Source of the DNA: TPA_inf: Saccharomyces
Taxonomy: Eukaryota
Assembly (NCBI GenBank): GCA_000146045.2
Contig: BK006946.2
Location: 320,001-384,000, forward strand
Reading direction: 5' to 3'
Length of the DNA stretch: 64,000 bases
Within the stretch, counting starts at the first letter, position 1. Every line of letters begins with the position of its first letter. Of the stretch, positions 1-12,211 are shown in pieces. Position numbers and translations under genes: made by a program. Under the pieces are notes generated by a model. That model made no database searches, was not told where the DNA came from, and saw only the letters and a program-made list of their open reading frames with translations.

Positions 1-1017
1 CTTGTCAGAACTCTTTTCTCTTATACCTGCCGTATCACAGATAATAACCTTATAGCCATTCACGTTTATCATTGCATCAATAGAATCCCTAGTAGTGCCA
101 GGTATATCACTGACAATTGATATATCATCGTTAGTCAAGCTGTTAACTAATGATGACTTACCGACATTGGGAGCACCAAGTAATACCAGCTTTATTCCAT
201 TTTGCAGTATGGTAGACTTTTCGACTTTTTGCATGAAAGTAACGATTTGGTCTCGCAGACATATGATGTTCTTTTCTACATTATGGAAAATCTCATCCGT
301 ATTCTGAATTTCTTGGCTATTATCGTCGGCAAAATCTATTATAGCAGTCAACTGTGCCATATTCTCGATAATGGTTTCCCTCCAGTTCTCAAATAGGATT
401 TTGTTATCCCCATTGAAACTTGACAAGGCAGATCTCCTTTGAGATTCTGTTTCCGAATCAATAAGATCTTTGATACCTTCAAGTTGGGTAAGGTCAAACT
501 TTCCATTTTGAAACGCCCTCCTGGAGAAGTCGCCAGGCAAGGCAAATCTTATATCTTTACCACTGCTTCTATCGTGTAACGAGCCGATAGCTTTCAGTAT
601 ACTATTAACTACGGCTTTCCCGCCGTGAACGTGCAGCTCTAACACATCCTCACCAGTAAATGAATAAGGAGCTTGGAAATATAGCAACAACGATGTGTCT
701 AATAATATTTTACTTTCCTTTTGATCATGAGGTTTCACACTACAAGAGGACGGCGAATAAATGTTCCTCAAAATAGCCTTCCTGATCGGCGGAACTGTAC
801 TTGAATCAACTAGTCGATTGTAAATGTACTTAGCATGGGTACCAGATATTCTTATGATTGCTATCGCAGAGGTTTGATTTGCTGGTGTAGATAATGCATA
901 TATGGTTGGTTGCTGGAAGGTATAAGGCTTTGCAAGTCCGGAGTACCTCTTTAACGACCTTCTTACGAGAAAGGATCTCGAAATAAGCCGTGATTGTAAG
1001 AAAGATGCACTATTCAT
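1..1017 (-). CDS. MSS1: Mitochondrial tRNA-modification GTPase (MnmE/TrmE family), 5' portion only. The ATG is at 1015-1017 on the minus strand and the 3' end runs off the window start.
   Basis: The minus-strand translation starts MNSASFLQSRLISRSFLVRRSLKRY. It carries GTPase motifs G1 (GAPNVGKSS) and G3 (DTAGIR) around 60-180, and reads open from 1017 down to position 1. It sits upstream of MRPL3 as expected for YMR023C. Confidence 0.8.
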   Translation of the reverse strand, partial: MNSASFLQSRLISRSFLVRRSLKRYSGLAKPYTFQQPTIYALSTPANQTSAIAIIRISGTHAKYIYNRLVDSSTVPPIRKAILRNIYSPSSCSVKPHDQKESKILLDTSLLLYFQAPYSFTGEDVLELHVHGGKAVVNSILKAIGSLHDRSSGKDIRFALPGDFSRRAFQNGKFDLTQLEGIKDLIDSETESQRRSALSSFNGDNKILFENWRETIIENMAQLTAIIDFADDNSQEIQNTDEIFHNVEKNIICLRDQIVTFMQKVEKSTILQNGIKLVLLGAPNVGKSSLVNSLTNDDISIVSDIPGTTRDSIDAMINVNGYKVIICDTAGIREKSSDK

Positions 1018-1146
1018 AAATAGAATACTTATTAACCATATATAACATTCTCTAAGTAGATAGCAGTCGTATGGAATATTGCTGTATCTTCATGTAACCT
1101 CGTAAAAGACGTTATATATGGGTTAGTTAGCCAAAAAAATAAAAAA

Positions 1147-1219
1147 TGGACGAGTCCGGAATCGAACCGGAGACCTCTCCCATGCTAAGGGAGCGCGCTA
1201 CCGACTACGCCACACGCCC
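1147..1219 (-). tRNA. tA(AGC): tRNA-Ala (anticodon AGC), 73 nt, no intron.
   Basis: The reverse complement reads GGGCGTGTGGCGTAGTCGGTAGCGCGCTCCCTTAGCATGGGAGAGGTCTCCGGTTCGATTCCGGACTCGTCCA. It has the G3:U70 acceptor pair, the AGC anticodon and a GGTTCGATTCC T-arm, and matches yeast tRNA-Ala. Confidence 0.9.
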
Positions 1220-1328
1220 GATTTGTATTGAAGACTTTGAAGAAGTATAGAAAACATAAATGTAGGATACATTTTTAAACTTTTATTAATGAAACCAATT
1301 TGAAGACATGTGGCAACCCGTGTTACTC

Positions 1329-1350
1329 ATATATATATATATATATATAT
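1329..1350. repeat. (AT)11 dinucleotide microsatellite.
   Basis: Perfect atatatatatatatatatatat run, about 110 bp 5' of the tRNA-Ala gene. Confidence 0.9.
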
Positions 1351-1847
1351 ACAACTATCAGAAGATTATCAATCTAATAGATCTTTAACGCCGCCTCAGT
1401 ACTTTCTGAACTGCAAGTAGAATATTTTTTTCTGGAATCGGCACATTCACATTCAGACGTATACGATGTCAGCACTTAGATTGCTACTATAGCAACTCAT
1501 TTATTATTAATCCCCATTCGTTCCGATATGGATGGCATATTATTACCTTTAAGAAAGGTGGAGTTCCAAAGATTCATCAATTTTACTGTTTATAGAAAAC
1601 GTTACGGAAAGATGAAAAGTAAACACCAAGGTCTCTTATGCCTTGACATAAAGAATACGGAATAGAATGATTGTAGACGCAACAAGATGAATAATTAATG
1701 GCAAATTATTATCCTATTAGATATAAATTACAGTCGCTTTAATGCGTGATTATAGAAAAGGTCCTTACAATATGCAGCCGGGTAAAGAGTGAAGTTTCCC
1801 GCCTCTGAAAAAGAGCAATACTAAAATAATCTGAAAAGAATTGGTGA

Positions 1848-3047
<1,200 letters not shown>

Positions 3048-3299
3048 TTCTGTGTTTGCCATTTTGTAGATAGAGAACTCCTTAACCAGAATACATTCTT
3101 GTACATATATATATACACGTTGGTACGATATGCGTTTACTTTATGTGTACTAAAATATATAAAAGTGAACAGAAGCATGTTCCTTGTTTACTACTATATC
3201 TTACCAGGAAACAGACAAAAAAAAAAAAGACTTGCTATATTTAAAGAGAACGCACATTTGTGAGGGGATAATAACACAAAGCAAAGTAATATAGGGTAA

Positions 3300-4187
3300 A
3301 TGGACCTCCTAAAATTCAGTTCTCTAGCTATATCAGAAATTAACTTCCTGCACGAGTCATCGTTTGACTCGATAGACCACTCTTGGTTTTTATTGATAGG
3401 TTGCAAATTGGATCAAGATGATGAAATTTACATCCCAATAAATGGTAATGAAGCAGAGTCTCAATGGTATATTGAAAAAGTTATACGAATCCCGATGCAG
3501 GAAAATGATAAAATAAATCAAGAACGCCTAGAAAGGAGAATTAACCTAACAAAAGTGACTCAAAAGGACATTTGTATACTGGGTATTCTTGATTTATGTC
3601 AGTTAGAAGAGGACGAAAATATCACTAATAAAGTGACGGAGAAAGTGCTCACCCAATTGACCGCCTTGGCATTGAAATATCTGATAAAATATAACGTGTT
3701 TCGCCAACATACCTCCTTCCAAGAAGCTGTCAATAGTTTAAAGGGTTATAAAATTGAAAATAGTGTACAGATAGGCGCGGAAATTATCCTTGATTTTCTA
3801 CAAGATAAAGTGCAAATTAAGGATGTAAATGACAGATACCAAATTCCCACACCTAATAATACCGTAGACCCAGGTTTTGATGAGTTTCAATTAATTGACA
3901 TGAAGGATAAAGAAATCAATATTCAAAAATATAATAATAATACCATAAGAAAATTACTCGAGAAGATTAATCGAATGATAATATTCTTGAAAAATTATGA
4001 TGCCACTGACAAGCCTTTCTCTTCCACGCAAGATGTAATACTTCGAAAAATATCAATGCTTGTAACACAACTGCAAAGAGGTGGAACAAGTGACATGAAT
4101 TACCTGCTGGATAACAAAATTAATGAAATAAAATTATTAGAAATTTCGTGTAAACAATGGGAAATTTCAAATATGTTAAAAAAATAA
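3300..4187 (+). CDS. CSI1: COP9 signalosome-interacting protein, 295 aa.
   Basis: ATG at 3300. The length and position between MRPL3 and PEX12 fit YMR025W. Confidence 0.65.
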   Translation: MDLLKFSSLAISEINFLHESSFDSIDHSWFLLIGCKLDQDDEIYIPINGNEAESQWYIEKVIRIPMQENDKINQERLERRINLTKVTQKDICILGILDLCQLEEDENITNKVTEKVLTQLTALALKYLIKYNVFRQHTSFQEAVNSLKGYKIENSVQIGAEIILDFLQDKVQIKDVNDRYQIPTPNNTVDPGFDEFQLIDMKDKEINIQKYNNNTIRKLLEKINRMIIFLKNYDATDKPFSSTQDVILRKISMLVTQLQRGGTSDMNYLLDNKINEIKLLEISCKQWEISNMLKK

Positions 4188-4235
4188 CTAGAATATATAT
4201 ATTACACAGAATTATTTTCTTCACTTCCTCCGTCA

Positions 4236-5435
4236 TCAGATTAGTAGCTTCCTAATACCTGTCACAACTTCCCATTTATTCGTGTGTTTGTTGTATGTAC
4301 AACCCAGCAGCTTTTTATTGGTAACGGGACAATGGCCTTCATTATTAACCAAATAGCTTATGGCACACGGGTAGCATGCCACGTATCCTGTTTCCAATAC
4401 ACAGGGGTTTTGTACAGTTTTTTCGCAAACGGGACAGGCCTCAGAAACTCCCTCTTTATCTTCCGTTTTGTCACTATGTGAGGAGAAAGGCGGCCTTGGA
4501 ATATCTTCATCCAAGTCATTGACCCTTTTCTGCAATTTAGTAGTCATGTCTTGTGTGGTCCACCATTGGTACACTCTTAGGACAAATATAAAAGTGGGGA
4601 AGAATTGCGAACCCATAAATGTTAAAAATCTGGGTATAATCGATAATTGTCCTTGCATTAGCGCGAAAATTGACGATATATTTGTTTTCCTTAGCCTATT
4701 ATCCATCCCTTTCGTCTCTTTGAGACCAGAGAGTTCTGACGATAGTGGTCTTACCGTTGTGTACTCTATCTTGAATAAGTATTGCAACAAGGAAACCGAC
4801 CCTGTTCTTTTAGTTAAAAATAATAATTTAACGAGTAAATTGGATAACGCTAATAATTTCTTAATAAATGGATAAATTCTTAGAAACGCTCTCTTGGGCC
4901 ATTTATTTTCAGTTTCATCGCTGCTGAATATATTATTCATTGATATTTTCTCTAATATTTCATCCAACTTCGCTGTGATATAGGGGAGAATAATTTTTTC
5001 CAAAAAAATAACACTCTTTTGCTGTTGATTCAGCTGCAAACCTTGGGGCCATTCACTCTGGCCCTTTGGATTTAAACATTGTGTTAAGGCAAGATTTCTG
5101 TCCCTCGAACTAAATAGTTGCAATCCATAAAACCGATCAATAAACGTAGAATTGTATGTCTTTAGATGATACCATTCAACAAACCCTTTTATCGCTTGAA
5201 ACCACTCAAAAAAGTACTTGTTCAGCCGCAAAGTATACCTGTTAGGGAAGTTCGCCACTAAATGATTTGCCAGTAGATAACGGATGGATGCGGGCAGTAA
5301 CGAATCGATTTCTTGTGATGACATTATCTCAAAGATAGTCGGATACAATGGTTCTAATCCCACCCCATTTCGACCGCTTGTTGAAGACCCTCGACTAGAT
5401 TGTCCTGCAGACGGTAGGTTTGAATAAAAGCTCAT
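4236..5435 (-). CDS. PEX12: Peroxin 12, a C3HC4 RING-finger peroxisomal import protein, 399 aa.
   Basis: The track starts this ORF at a GTG (5438). The first ATG is at 5435 and gives MSFYSNLPSAGQ.... The C-terminal Cys-rich RING (CPVCEK...CYPC) is present. Fits YMR026C. Confidence 0.85.
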   Translation of the reverse strand: MSFYSNLPSAGQSSRGSSTSGRNGVGLEPLYPTIFEIMSSQEIDSLLPASIRYLLANHLVANFPNRYTLRLNKYFFEWFQAIKGFVEWYHLKTYNSTFIDRFYGLQLFSSRDRNLALTQCLNPKGQSEWPQGLQLNQQQKSVIFLEKIILPYITAKLDEILEKISMNNIFSSDETENKWPKRAFLRIYPFIKKLLALSNLLVKLLFLTKRTGSVSLLQYLFKIEYTTVRPLSSELSGLKETKGMDNRLRKTNISSIFALMQGQLSIIPRFLTFMGSQFFPTFIFVLRVYQWWTTQDMTTKLQKRVNDLDEDIPRPPFSSHSDKTEDKEGVSEACPVCEKTVQNPCVLETGYVACYPCAISYLVNNEGHCPVTNKKLLGCTYNKHTNKWEVVTGIRKLLI

Positions 5436-5876
5436 CACTTGACGACTACCTTCCTTTCCTTTGCTTTATTTTCCCTGCTTATTCCCTTGCTTCTTCTGGA
5501 GCCTTCATGCAAAACCGTTTCTCTACCTAATGTGATTCTGCGGTAAGCATTGCTCTTAAGCATCTGAATGAGACGAAAGGATGACTCCACACTAAATTGT
5601 ACCTCTCTTCTCCAGTGACTGAATTGGAGGTTACCATTGCCAGTGACGGTAATCGTCCACATCGATGATTTCTTAGTATAACCCACACACCTCTCAGACA
5701 TAGAGGCCCCAGGTGCAACGTGATAGTATAACTGCCCGGAAGTAGAAATACAACTATTCCCTTCATATTAAAAGAATAAAACTTCATTTGAACTCTTTAA
5801 AATTTAGTGGTTCATTGTGGTCCTTGTGTAAACGGAAAAAAAGGATATTACGGTAGTGGGTAGTACATAACAAGAG

Positions 5877-7289
5877 ATGACTATCCCTGGAAGATTTATG
5901 ACAATTGATAAGGGCACTTTTGGTGAATACACTGCTAGCACCCGTTGGCCCATTATCATTCAGAATGCTATAGACGATTTAAGTAAGCATCAAGAAACGG
6001 AGAAGAGTAACGGCACTAAGTTCGAACAAGGTGAAGTTATCAAAAAGGAGCTCAAGGAATTCCGTCAGGAGATAATTGATCGTGTACCTTTGAGACCCTT
6101 TACTGAAGAAGAGATCAAAATTGCCAACGTCCCGCTTTCGTTCAATGAATATCTAAAGAAACACCCTGAAGTCAATTGGGGGGCTGTAGAGTGGCTGTTC
6201 TCGGAGGTTTACTTGTATAGAAGAGTAAATGTTCTTTTCCAACGCCAATGCGAATGGGCTAAATTTGACATATTCAACAGACTTAAACAGTCAACTTTTG
6301 AGTCCTCGTTTTATGGTGTCGTGGAATTGGCGTTAAGGTATGAAAATCTGTTACCACAGCTGAGAGAAATGAAGCAAAATCCAGGAAATGAGATTGACGA
6401 TATATTGAAAGTTCTTTTTAAAGAGTTTATTGAGATTTCTTTGTGGGGCAATGCCACTGATTTATCTTTATTGACCAACGCTACGTTAGAAGACATTAAA
6501 TCAATCCAAGGGGCGAAAGCAAGAGCTGCATCCGAGTCCAAGATTGTTGTTAATGACACGGAGAAAGCATGGGAGGTATTAACCAAAGCCAGGGCCGATG
6601 CCAATAGCAGAGAAATTCGTGTTGATTTTGTATTAGACAATTCTGGCTTTGAATTGTATGCTGACTTGATGTTGGCAGCTTTTCTGTTACAAAGTGGTTT
6701 GGCTACCAAATGTATTTTCCACGCTAAAGACATTCCATACATGGTTAGCGATGTTATGTTAAAAGATTTTGATATATTAGTTCATGACCTGAGAGATCGT
6801 GAGTTCTTCCCAAGTGGTGAACCCTCGACAAAGGAATCCAGAGCTCTTGATTTATTTGCTGGTGAAATGGAAAAGTTCGTCTCTAGCGGTAAGATAGAAT
6901 TCCGCGAAGATTCTTTCTGGACCACGGAATTAGATTATTGGAATTTGGACGCAAACGAAACCAAATACCATGGATCCATTTTGCACAAAGATTTGCAAAA
7001 ATCCAATTTGGTTATTTTTAAGGGTGATCTAAACTATAGAAAATTAACTGGCGACAGAAAATGGCCCCGCACCACTAAATGGGAAACGGCTATCGGACCT
7101 CTTGCTACGAATGGTATTACATCATTGAGCTTGAGAACCTGTAAAGCCGATGTACAAGTTGCTTTACCTGAAGGTCTAGACGCGAAATTAAGTCAAGAAT
7201 GGGAAAAGGAAAATCCTGGCCGTGGTTCTTGGTGGTGTTGTAGCGGTAAATGGGCAGTCATTTGTTTCTGCTCTGGTATACATAAATAA
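5877..7289 (+). CDS. DUF89 family protein (metal-dependent phosphatase, ARMT1-like), 470 aa.
   Basis: ATG at 5877 and a 470-aa ORF at the position of YMR027W. Confidence 0.7.
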
Positions 7290-7481
7290 GAATATGATAA
7301 GTTCTCTATATAACTTTACTTTATGACTTTCCCTATGAAATGTTCCAAAAAAGCACATAGATTTTTAGTACGTGCCTTTTATTTTATGTACTTCTGATAA
7401 AAAAAAGAAAGCTCCTAAGGACAAATTACAATCAATGGCGAAAGAAGAGGAAGAAAGTAATAACGAGGAGAGATCATAAAC

Positions 7482-8582
7482 ATGGCGTCAGTAACAGAAC
7501 AATTCAACGATATTATTAGCTTATACTCAACAAAATTGGAACACACATCTTTGAGGCAAGATTCACCAGAGTACCAGGGATTATTACTTTCCACGATCAA
7601 GAAATTATTAAACTTAAAAACAGCAATTTTTGACAGGTTGGCATTGTTCAGTACTAATGAGACCATTGATGATGTGTCTACTGCTTCCATCAAATTTCTA
7701 GCAGTTGATTACTATTTAGGATTATTGATATCAAGACGACAGTCGAATGATTCGGATGTTGCTCAAAGGCAGTCTATGAAATTGATTTACCTGAAAAAAA
7801 GCGTTGAATCTTTCATTAATTTCCTGACACTATTGCAGGATTATAAGCTTCTAGATCCTTTGGTTGGTGAAAAACTAGGTAACTTCAAGGATCGTTATAA
7901 CCCTCAGCTTAGCGAATTGTACGCGCAACCAAAAAATAACAAAGATTTATCTGGAGCACAGTTGAAGAGAAAAGAAAAGATTGAGCTATTCCAGCGCAAT
8001 AAAGAAATTAGCACAAAACTGCACTGCTTGGAGTTGGAATTAAAAAACAACGACGAGGACCACGACCATGATGAATTACTAAGAGAACTATATTTGATGA
8101 GGTTACATCACTTTAGTCTTGATACGATTAACAACATTGAACAGAATTTATTTGAATGTGAAATGCTCTCTAATTTCCTCAAAAATTCCGTACATGAAGT
8201 CAAATCATCAGGTACTCAGATACGAAAAGAATCGAATGATGATGATTCCACTGGTTTTACCGATAAATTAGAGAATATAAATAAGCCATTGATAGACAAA
8301 AAAGGTCAAGTCTTGAGGAACTTCACGCTTGTCGACAAAAGGCAACAACTGCAACAAAAAGTGCGAGGATATGGTCAATATGGACCAACAATGTCGGTGG
8401 AGGAATTTTTAGATAAAGAGTTTGAAGAAGGTCGCGTTCTTCAAGGTGGCGAAGAACCAGAGCAAGCACCAGATGAAGAAAACATGGACTGGCAAGATAG
8501 AGAAACCTATAAAGCTCGTGAGTGGGACGAGTTCAAGGAAAGTCATGCTAAGGGAAGCGGAAATACCATGAATAGAGGATAG
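7482..8582 (+). CDS. TAP42: TOR-pathway regulator of PP2A-like phosphatases, 366 aa.
   Basis: ATG at 7482. The 366-aa protein MASVTEQFNDIISLYSTKLEH... fits YMR028W. Confidence 0.85.
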   Translation: MASVTEQFNDIISLYSTKLEHTSLRQDSPEYQGLLLSTIKKLLNLKTAIFDRLALFSTNETIDDVSTASIKFLAVDYYLGLLISRRQSNDSDVAQRQSMKLIYLKKSVESFINFLTLLQDYKLLDPLVGEKLGNFKDRYNPQLSELYAQPKNNKDLSGAQLKRKEKIELFQRNKEISTKLHCLELELKNNDEDHDHDELLRELYLMRLHHFSLDTINNIEQNLFECEMLSNFLKNSVHEVKSSGTQIRKESNDDDSTGFTDKLENINKPLIDKKGQVLRNFTLVDKRQQLQQKVRGYGQYGPTMSVEEFLDKEFEEGRVLQGGEEPEQAPDEENMDWQDRETYKAREWDEFKESHAKGSGNTMNRG

Positions 8583-8659
8583 AAAAAAATACCTATATAC
8601 GTACACATAAGTATCTATTAGACAGATTCATATATTATTTTTTTTTCTGCCTACATCAG

Positions 8660-10231
8660 TTATATTTTAATCTTGTGCAAAAGGACTTCGTTATTTTTAT
8701 TCACGGTGATTAACACCGGCGTAGAATCTACAATCAGATTTGAAGAAAATACCACAGGCTCTTTTCTTTCCGAGAAGTTGATGTCTGCTACGACAAATTC
8801 GTCGATGGATGGTTTTAGGTTTTCTAAATTCCTAAACTCAAAGTCTCCATTACTATATGATACGGTGATTATGCTGTCGTTCAAATCGAGTTGTATTGGT
8901 AGTGTTGACGATGGAGTCAATTGTTCCTTCAGTACAACTTTTTTCTTATCAAAAGAATAAACCAATAATCTCTCATTGCTTAGCTGAATCAGTAGCTTAG
9001 AAGTTTTTCTATCCAAAAATAAATGGTAACCTTCTTCTTCTGGCTTACCCGATAATATTGTATCAATCTTCAAATCAATTTTTTGTAGAAGCTTACCCTC
9101 GAAATCATATATGGTAAGCTGGTATGGATTTGAAGACAGTAATATTAAGGATTTTTCTGTTATACCCAATATACAATCCAGAATGTTTGTGGAATCATTA
9201 CTATCATCGTCATCATTATCATGTGTTATTTCATATGTTTCTTTTATGTTAATTGGGACATCCTCAGGAGCCTCTATATTGTCCAATTCCCAGATTCTAA
9301 TTTGAGATTTATTCTTACTAGCTATCAACAACCATTTATTTTTGAAGTCTATATTAATGATATCACTAGACGAAAACGGCTGTTCTGAGTCTTGTAATAG
9401 GTCCACATCTGAGATCAAAGATGCGCTAGAAATAGAGAACAATTTCAAATGGAAACTCTTTTCAATAACAAGGAGTTTGGACGTCGAAACCCAGAAAAAT
9501 TTCATAATGTCGCTATCTTGCCCTAAAGATATTTTCTTTAAGAGTTTGGAATTCAAGTTTGCGTCCACTTGGTGTATTTCTAACGATTTGGTGTCTGCAT
9601 CATAAAGTGCCATACAGTCCCCGTAGGAGCTGATAATGTCGACTTTCGACAATTCCGAGTGTATCTTGGATATTGTTTCATTATTTTCACGCTTGTTGGC
9701 TGTGCTAAACAAAGATTTCACTTTGGTTGGTGATGGTGACTCTGAAGGACCTTGCTTTGGATTGGGTTTGGTGTCCAAGAGGGCATTATTTAAAATATCC
9801 ATCCCATTTGTCTTCGCACTGCCCTCTTCCTTGGGAGTATTCACGTTCAGTTTCTCTAAATCGTGCAATTCAGAACCCGCTTCTCTGCTATTTAATGACT
9901 CTAACTGATTGACCGTGTTAGGGCCTTTCAACAAATAAATTATTTCCTTCACATTTTCTTGAACAGCTAGCTTAGACTGCAGTAATGAATCAGGCACATG
10001 TTTTTCTTCCTTTTCACCTTCAGGAGAAACAGCTTTCGATTGTATTTGATTCAATTGATGCTTCAAATCTCTATTTTCGCCCTCTAGTTCTGCAATTCTT
10101 GCTTTCATTTCCGACCTTTCTAGCTCCCAGGTGATTCTATCTCTTTCATTCTTCGTGAACTCCGTTTGCAAGTAGTGCATTACACCAGGTAACGTGTAAT
10201 GCGGATGAACATGTGCCTGGTTAATAGCCAT
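8660..10231 (-). CDS. FAR8: Far complex subunit, striatin-like, 523 aa.
   Basis: The first in-frame ATG at 10231 gives [16 protein letters not shown]..., followed by a coiled-coil ([15 protein letters not shown]). The track start at 10258 adds 9 residues. Fits YMR029C. Confidence 0.75.
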   Translation of the reverse strand: MAINQAHVHPHYTLPGVMHYLQTEFTKNERDRITWELERSEMKARIAELEGENRDLKHQLNQIQSKAVSPEGEKEEKHVPDSLLQSKLAVQENVKEIIYLLKGPNTVNQLESLNSREAGSELHDLEKLNVNTPKEEGSAKTNGMDILNNALLDTKPNPKQGPSESPSPTKVKSLFSTANKRENNETISKIHSELSKVDIISSYGDCMALYDADTKSLEIHQVDANLNSKLLKKISLGQDSDIMKFFWVSTSKLLVIEKSFHLKLFSISSASLISDVDLLQDSEQPFSSSDIINIDFKNKWLLIASKNKSQIRIWELDNIEAPEDVPINIKETYEITHDNDDDDSNDSTNILDCILGITEKSLILLSSNPYQLTIYDFEGKLLQKIDLKIDTILSGKPEEEGYHLFLDRKTSKLLIQLSNERLLVYSFDKKKVVLKEQLTPSSTLPIQLDLNDSIITVSYSNGDFEFRNLENLKPSIDEFVVADINFSERKEPVVFSSNLIVDSTPVLITVNKNNEVLLHKIKI

Positions 10232-10792
10232 ATTGTTTTCCGGTCTAACTACACGCACTTACTTCTTTTGGGTTTCTTTATTAATGTTGTTGCTTGCTCC
10301 TCACATTTAGTCGTTCTAGGTGGCTTTTATCTAAGATTACGCGACGGGGAAGATCGCAAAGTTAAGACCAATAGAGTACTATACCATATCCCAACAAAGA
10401 AGCCTAGGGGATGGTGCAGCAGTAAAAACTGAATAGACTATAATAGATCATCCTACGTAAAACCCGAATAGGTTATCTCTTAAACCTTGTTTTCCTGTAA
10501 AGTTGTCCCGCGCATGTGAAGACGCAGAGAGTGGAGATCAATCTTAAAACAACTGAAGCAACTAGCACTTTCTTGACATTTAATAAGGAACTATTATCGC
10601 GTAAACCAAAAGAAACGCATGTAAAACATCTGCAAGTTACTCCATCATCTGACACCTAGAGACGTACGTATCAGAACGATTTGAGTGGAGGGGTACAAAA
10701 AGGGACTCTGTAGATCAAAAACTGTAATATTATCCTTTTTTTTACTTTCTGAGAAGCTATTCGAAAACAAGGAGATAGAACTACAAGCAGTT

Positions 10793-11923
10793 ATGAAGGA
10801 CCTAAATCCAGAAATGGGGAAATTTGCTACCACTAAAGGCCCTCCTCAAGACAATAGAGGCATGGTTGATATAGCGACACTGCCTAATTTTCCTGCCAAC
10901 CGTAGTGGGACTCCTCGTGAGGAGATGTATCTGGCGCCCAACAAGATGGAAACTCCAAGGATACTTAATATGAATATGGTACCGGATTATTTGCAAAAAG
11001 AGAACTTCTCGCCAGATTTTTCTTCTGCTACCGTATCTGCCAAGTCATCTCCTGTCAACGTTACTCATGATGAGTCGCTTCCTCTGGGAACTATTGAATC
11101 GAATAGCACAAAGGATTCTAAATATGCAGTTCAACGGCAACAGCAACAAGTGGTAGATTTCATAGAGAATAATATGCAGCTACTGTCTTCAGAAACACTA
11201 AATTTTAGATCAGACATTATGAAAACTTTGGAGCTTCCCATTCCCAAGAGAAGAGATATTAAGGGAAACCATCTATCTAAACTATTATTTGCTAAATCAC
11301 CTCTAACTATCAACACATATTGCCAATTTTATGACCGTAGAACCAAGCGAATTTGCAATCAAGAAATGATATGGAAAGATAAGAACAGTAGAGAGAAGCA
11401 TGGTTCTAGAAAGTATCAAAGACATTTGAGTAAAGTTCACGATGTCCAGCTAACACCAAATAATTTTACCGAATTTTTTGATCATAATTCTCCACTTTTC
11501 CAGGAATGCTATGACTATCAATCTAGATTGATGCGTGATTTACTTGTTGAACCAGATGCCAAATTCAAAGAGAAGAAAAAGAAGAAAAAAGGGGACGTCA
11601 ACGGAAATCATCCTGAAACCGGATCGAGCCTCATCAACCACCAGGTCCAACAGCAAAATGTTCGAGAACTTCAATCGAAAATAGCCATGAACGACTTGAT
11701 AGAGATTCTTATCGATTTAAACATTCCGTTTTCTGTTTTAGACTACCAACCAATGAGAAATTGGCTCATCAAATATTCAATAATTTCAACAGATACTTTG
11801 CCGGATGAAGTATACTTCAAAACTGATCCAGGCGTGAATGAACTGGAACACAACAGTAGTAATTTAAACAATAGCAATAGCGGTACTCCTCATAATCATA
11901 ATCAAAACCAACATACCAATTAA
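10793..11923 (+). CDS. RSF1: Nuclear protein needed for respiratory growth. N/Q-rich C-terminus. 376 aa from the first ATG.
   Basis: The track ORF starts at a GTG (10685). The first ATG at 10793 gives MKDLNPEMGKF.... Fits the position of YMR030W. Confidence 0.55.
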   Translation: MKDLNPEMGKFATTKGPPQDNRGMVDIATLPNFPANRSGTPREEMYLAPNKMETPRILNMNMVPDYLQKENFSPDFSSATVSAKSSPVNVTHDESLPLGTIESNSTKDSKYAVQRQQQQVVDFIENNMQLLSSETLNFRSDIMKTLELPIPKRRDIKGNHLSKLLFAKSPLTINTYCQFYDRRTKRICNQEMIWKDKNSREKHGSRKYQRHLSKVHDVQLTPNNFTEFFDHNSPLFQECYDYQSRLMRDLLVEPDAKFKEKKKKKKGDVNGNHPETGSSLINHQVQQQNVRELQSKIAMNDLIEILIDLNIPFSVLDYQPMRNWLIKYSIISTDTLPDEVYFKTDPGVNELEHNSSNLNNSNSGTPHNHNQNQHTN

Positions 11924-12211
11924 TTAAAACTTGCTTTTAATCTGCATACATAAAACTTAGATCAAATAAATAAAAAAAAAAGTAAAACAACCATATATAC
12001 TATTTCATAAGCAAAAGTAATCAAATTAAACAAAAAAAAGAAAATACAAATATTAAATTTAAATTAAGGCAATAAACATATATTATACACATAAAAAGAA
12101 TAATTAAAGCGCAGATGAGAACTATCTTAATTATCAAAATTCTGTAGTATCCCACTCAACTGTTCAATATCTTAGCCGCACCATTTCTTCGTTATCTAGG
12201 CTCACTAGCAA

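Noticed and set aside
95-545. Plus- and minus-strand ORFs of 64-70 aa within 95..545.
   Set aside because: They overlap the antisense or alternative frames of the MSS1 GTPase domain, whose minus-strand frame is open and carries G1 and G3 motifs.
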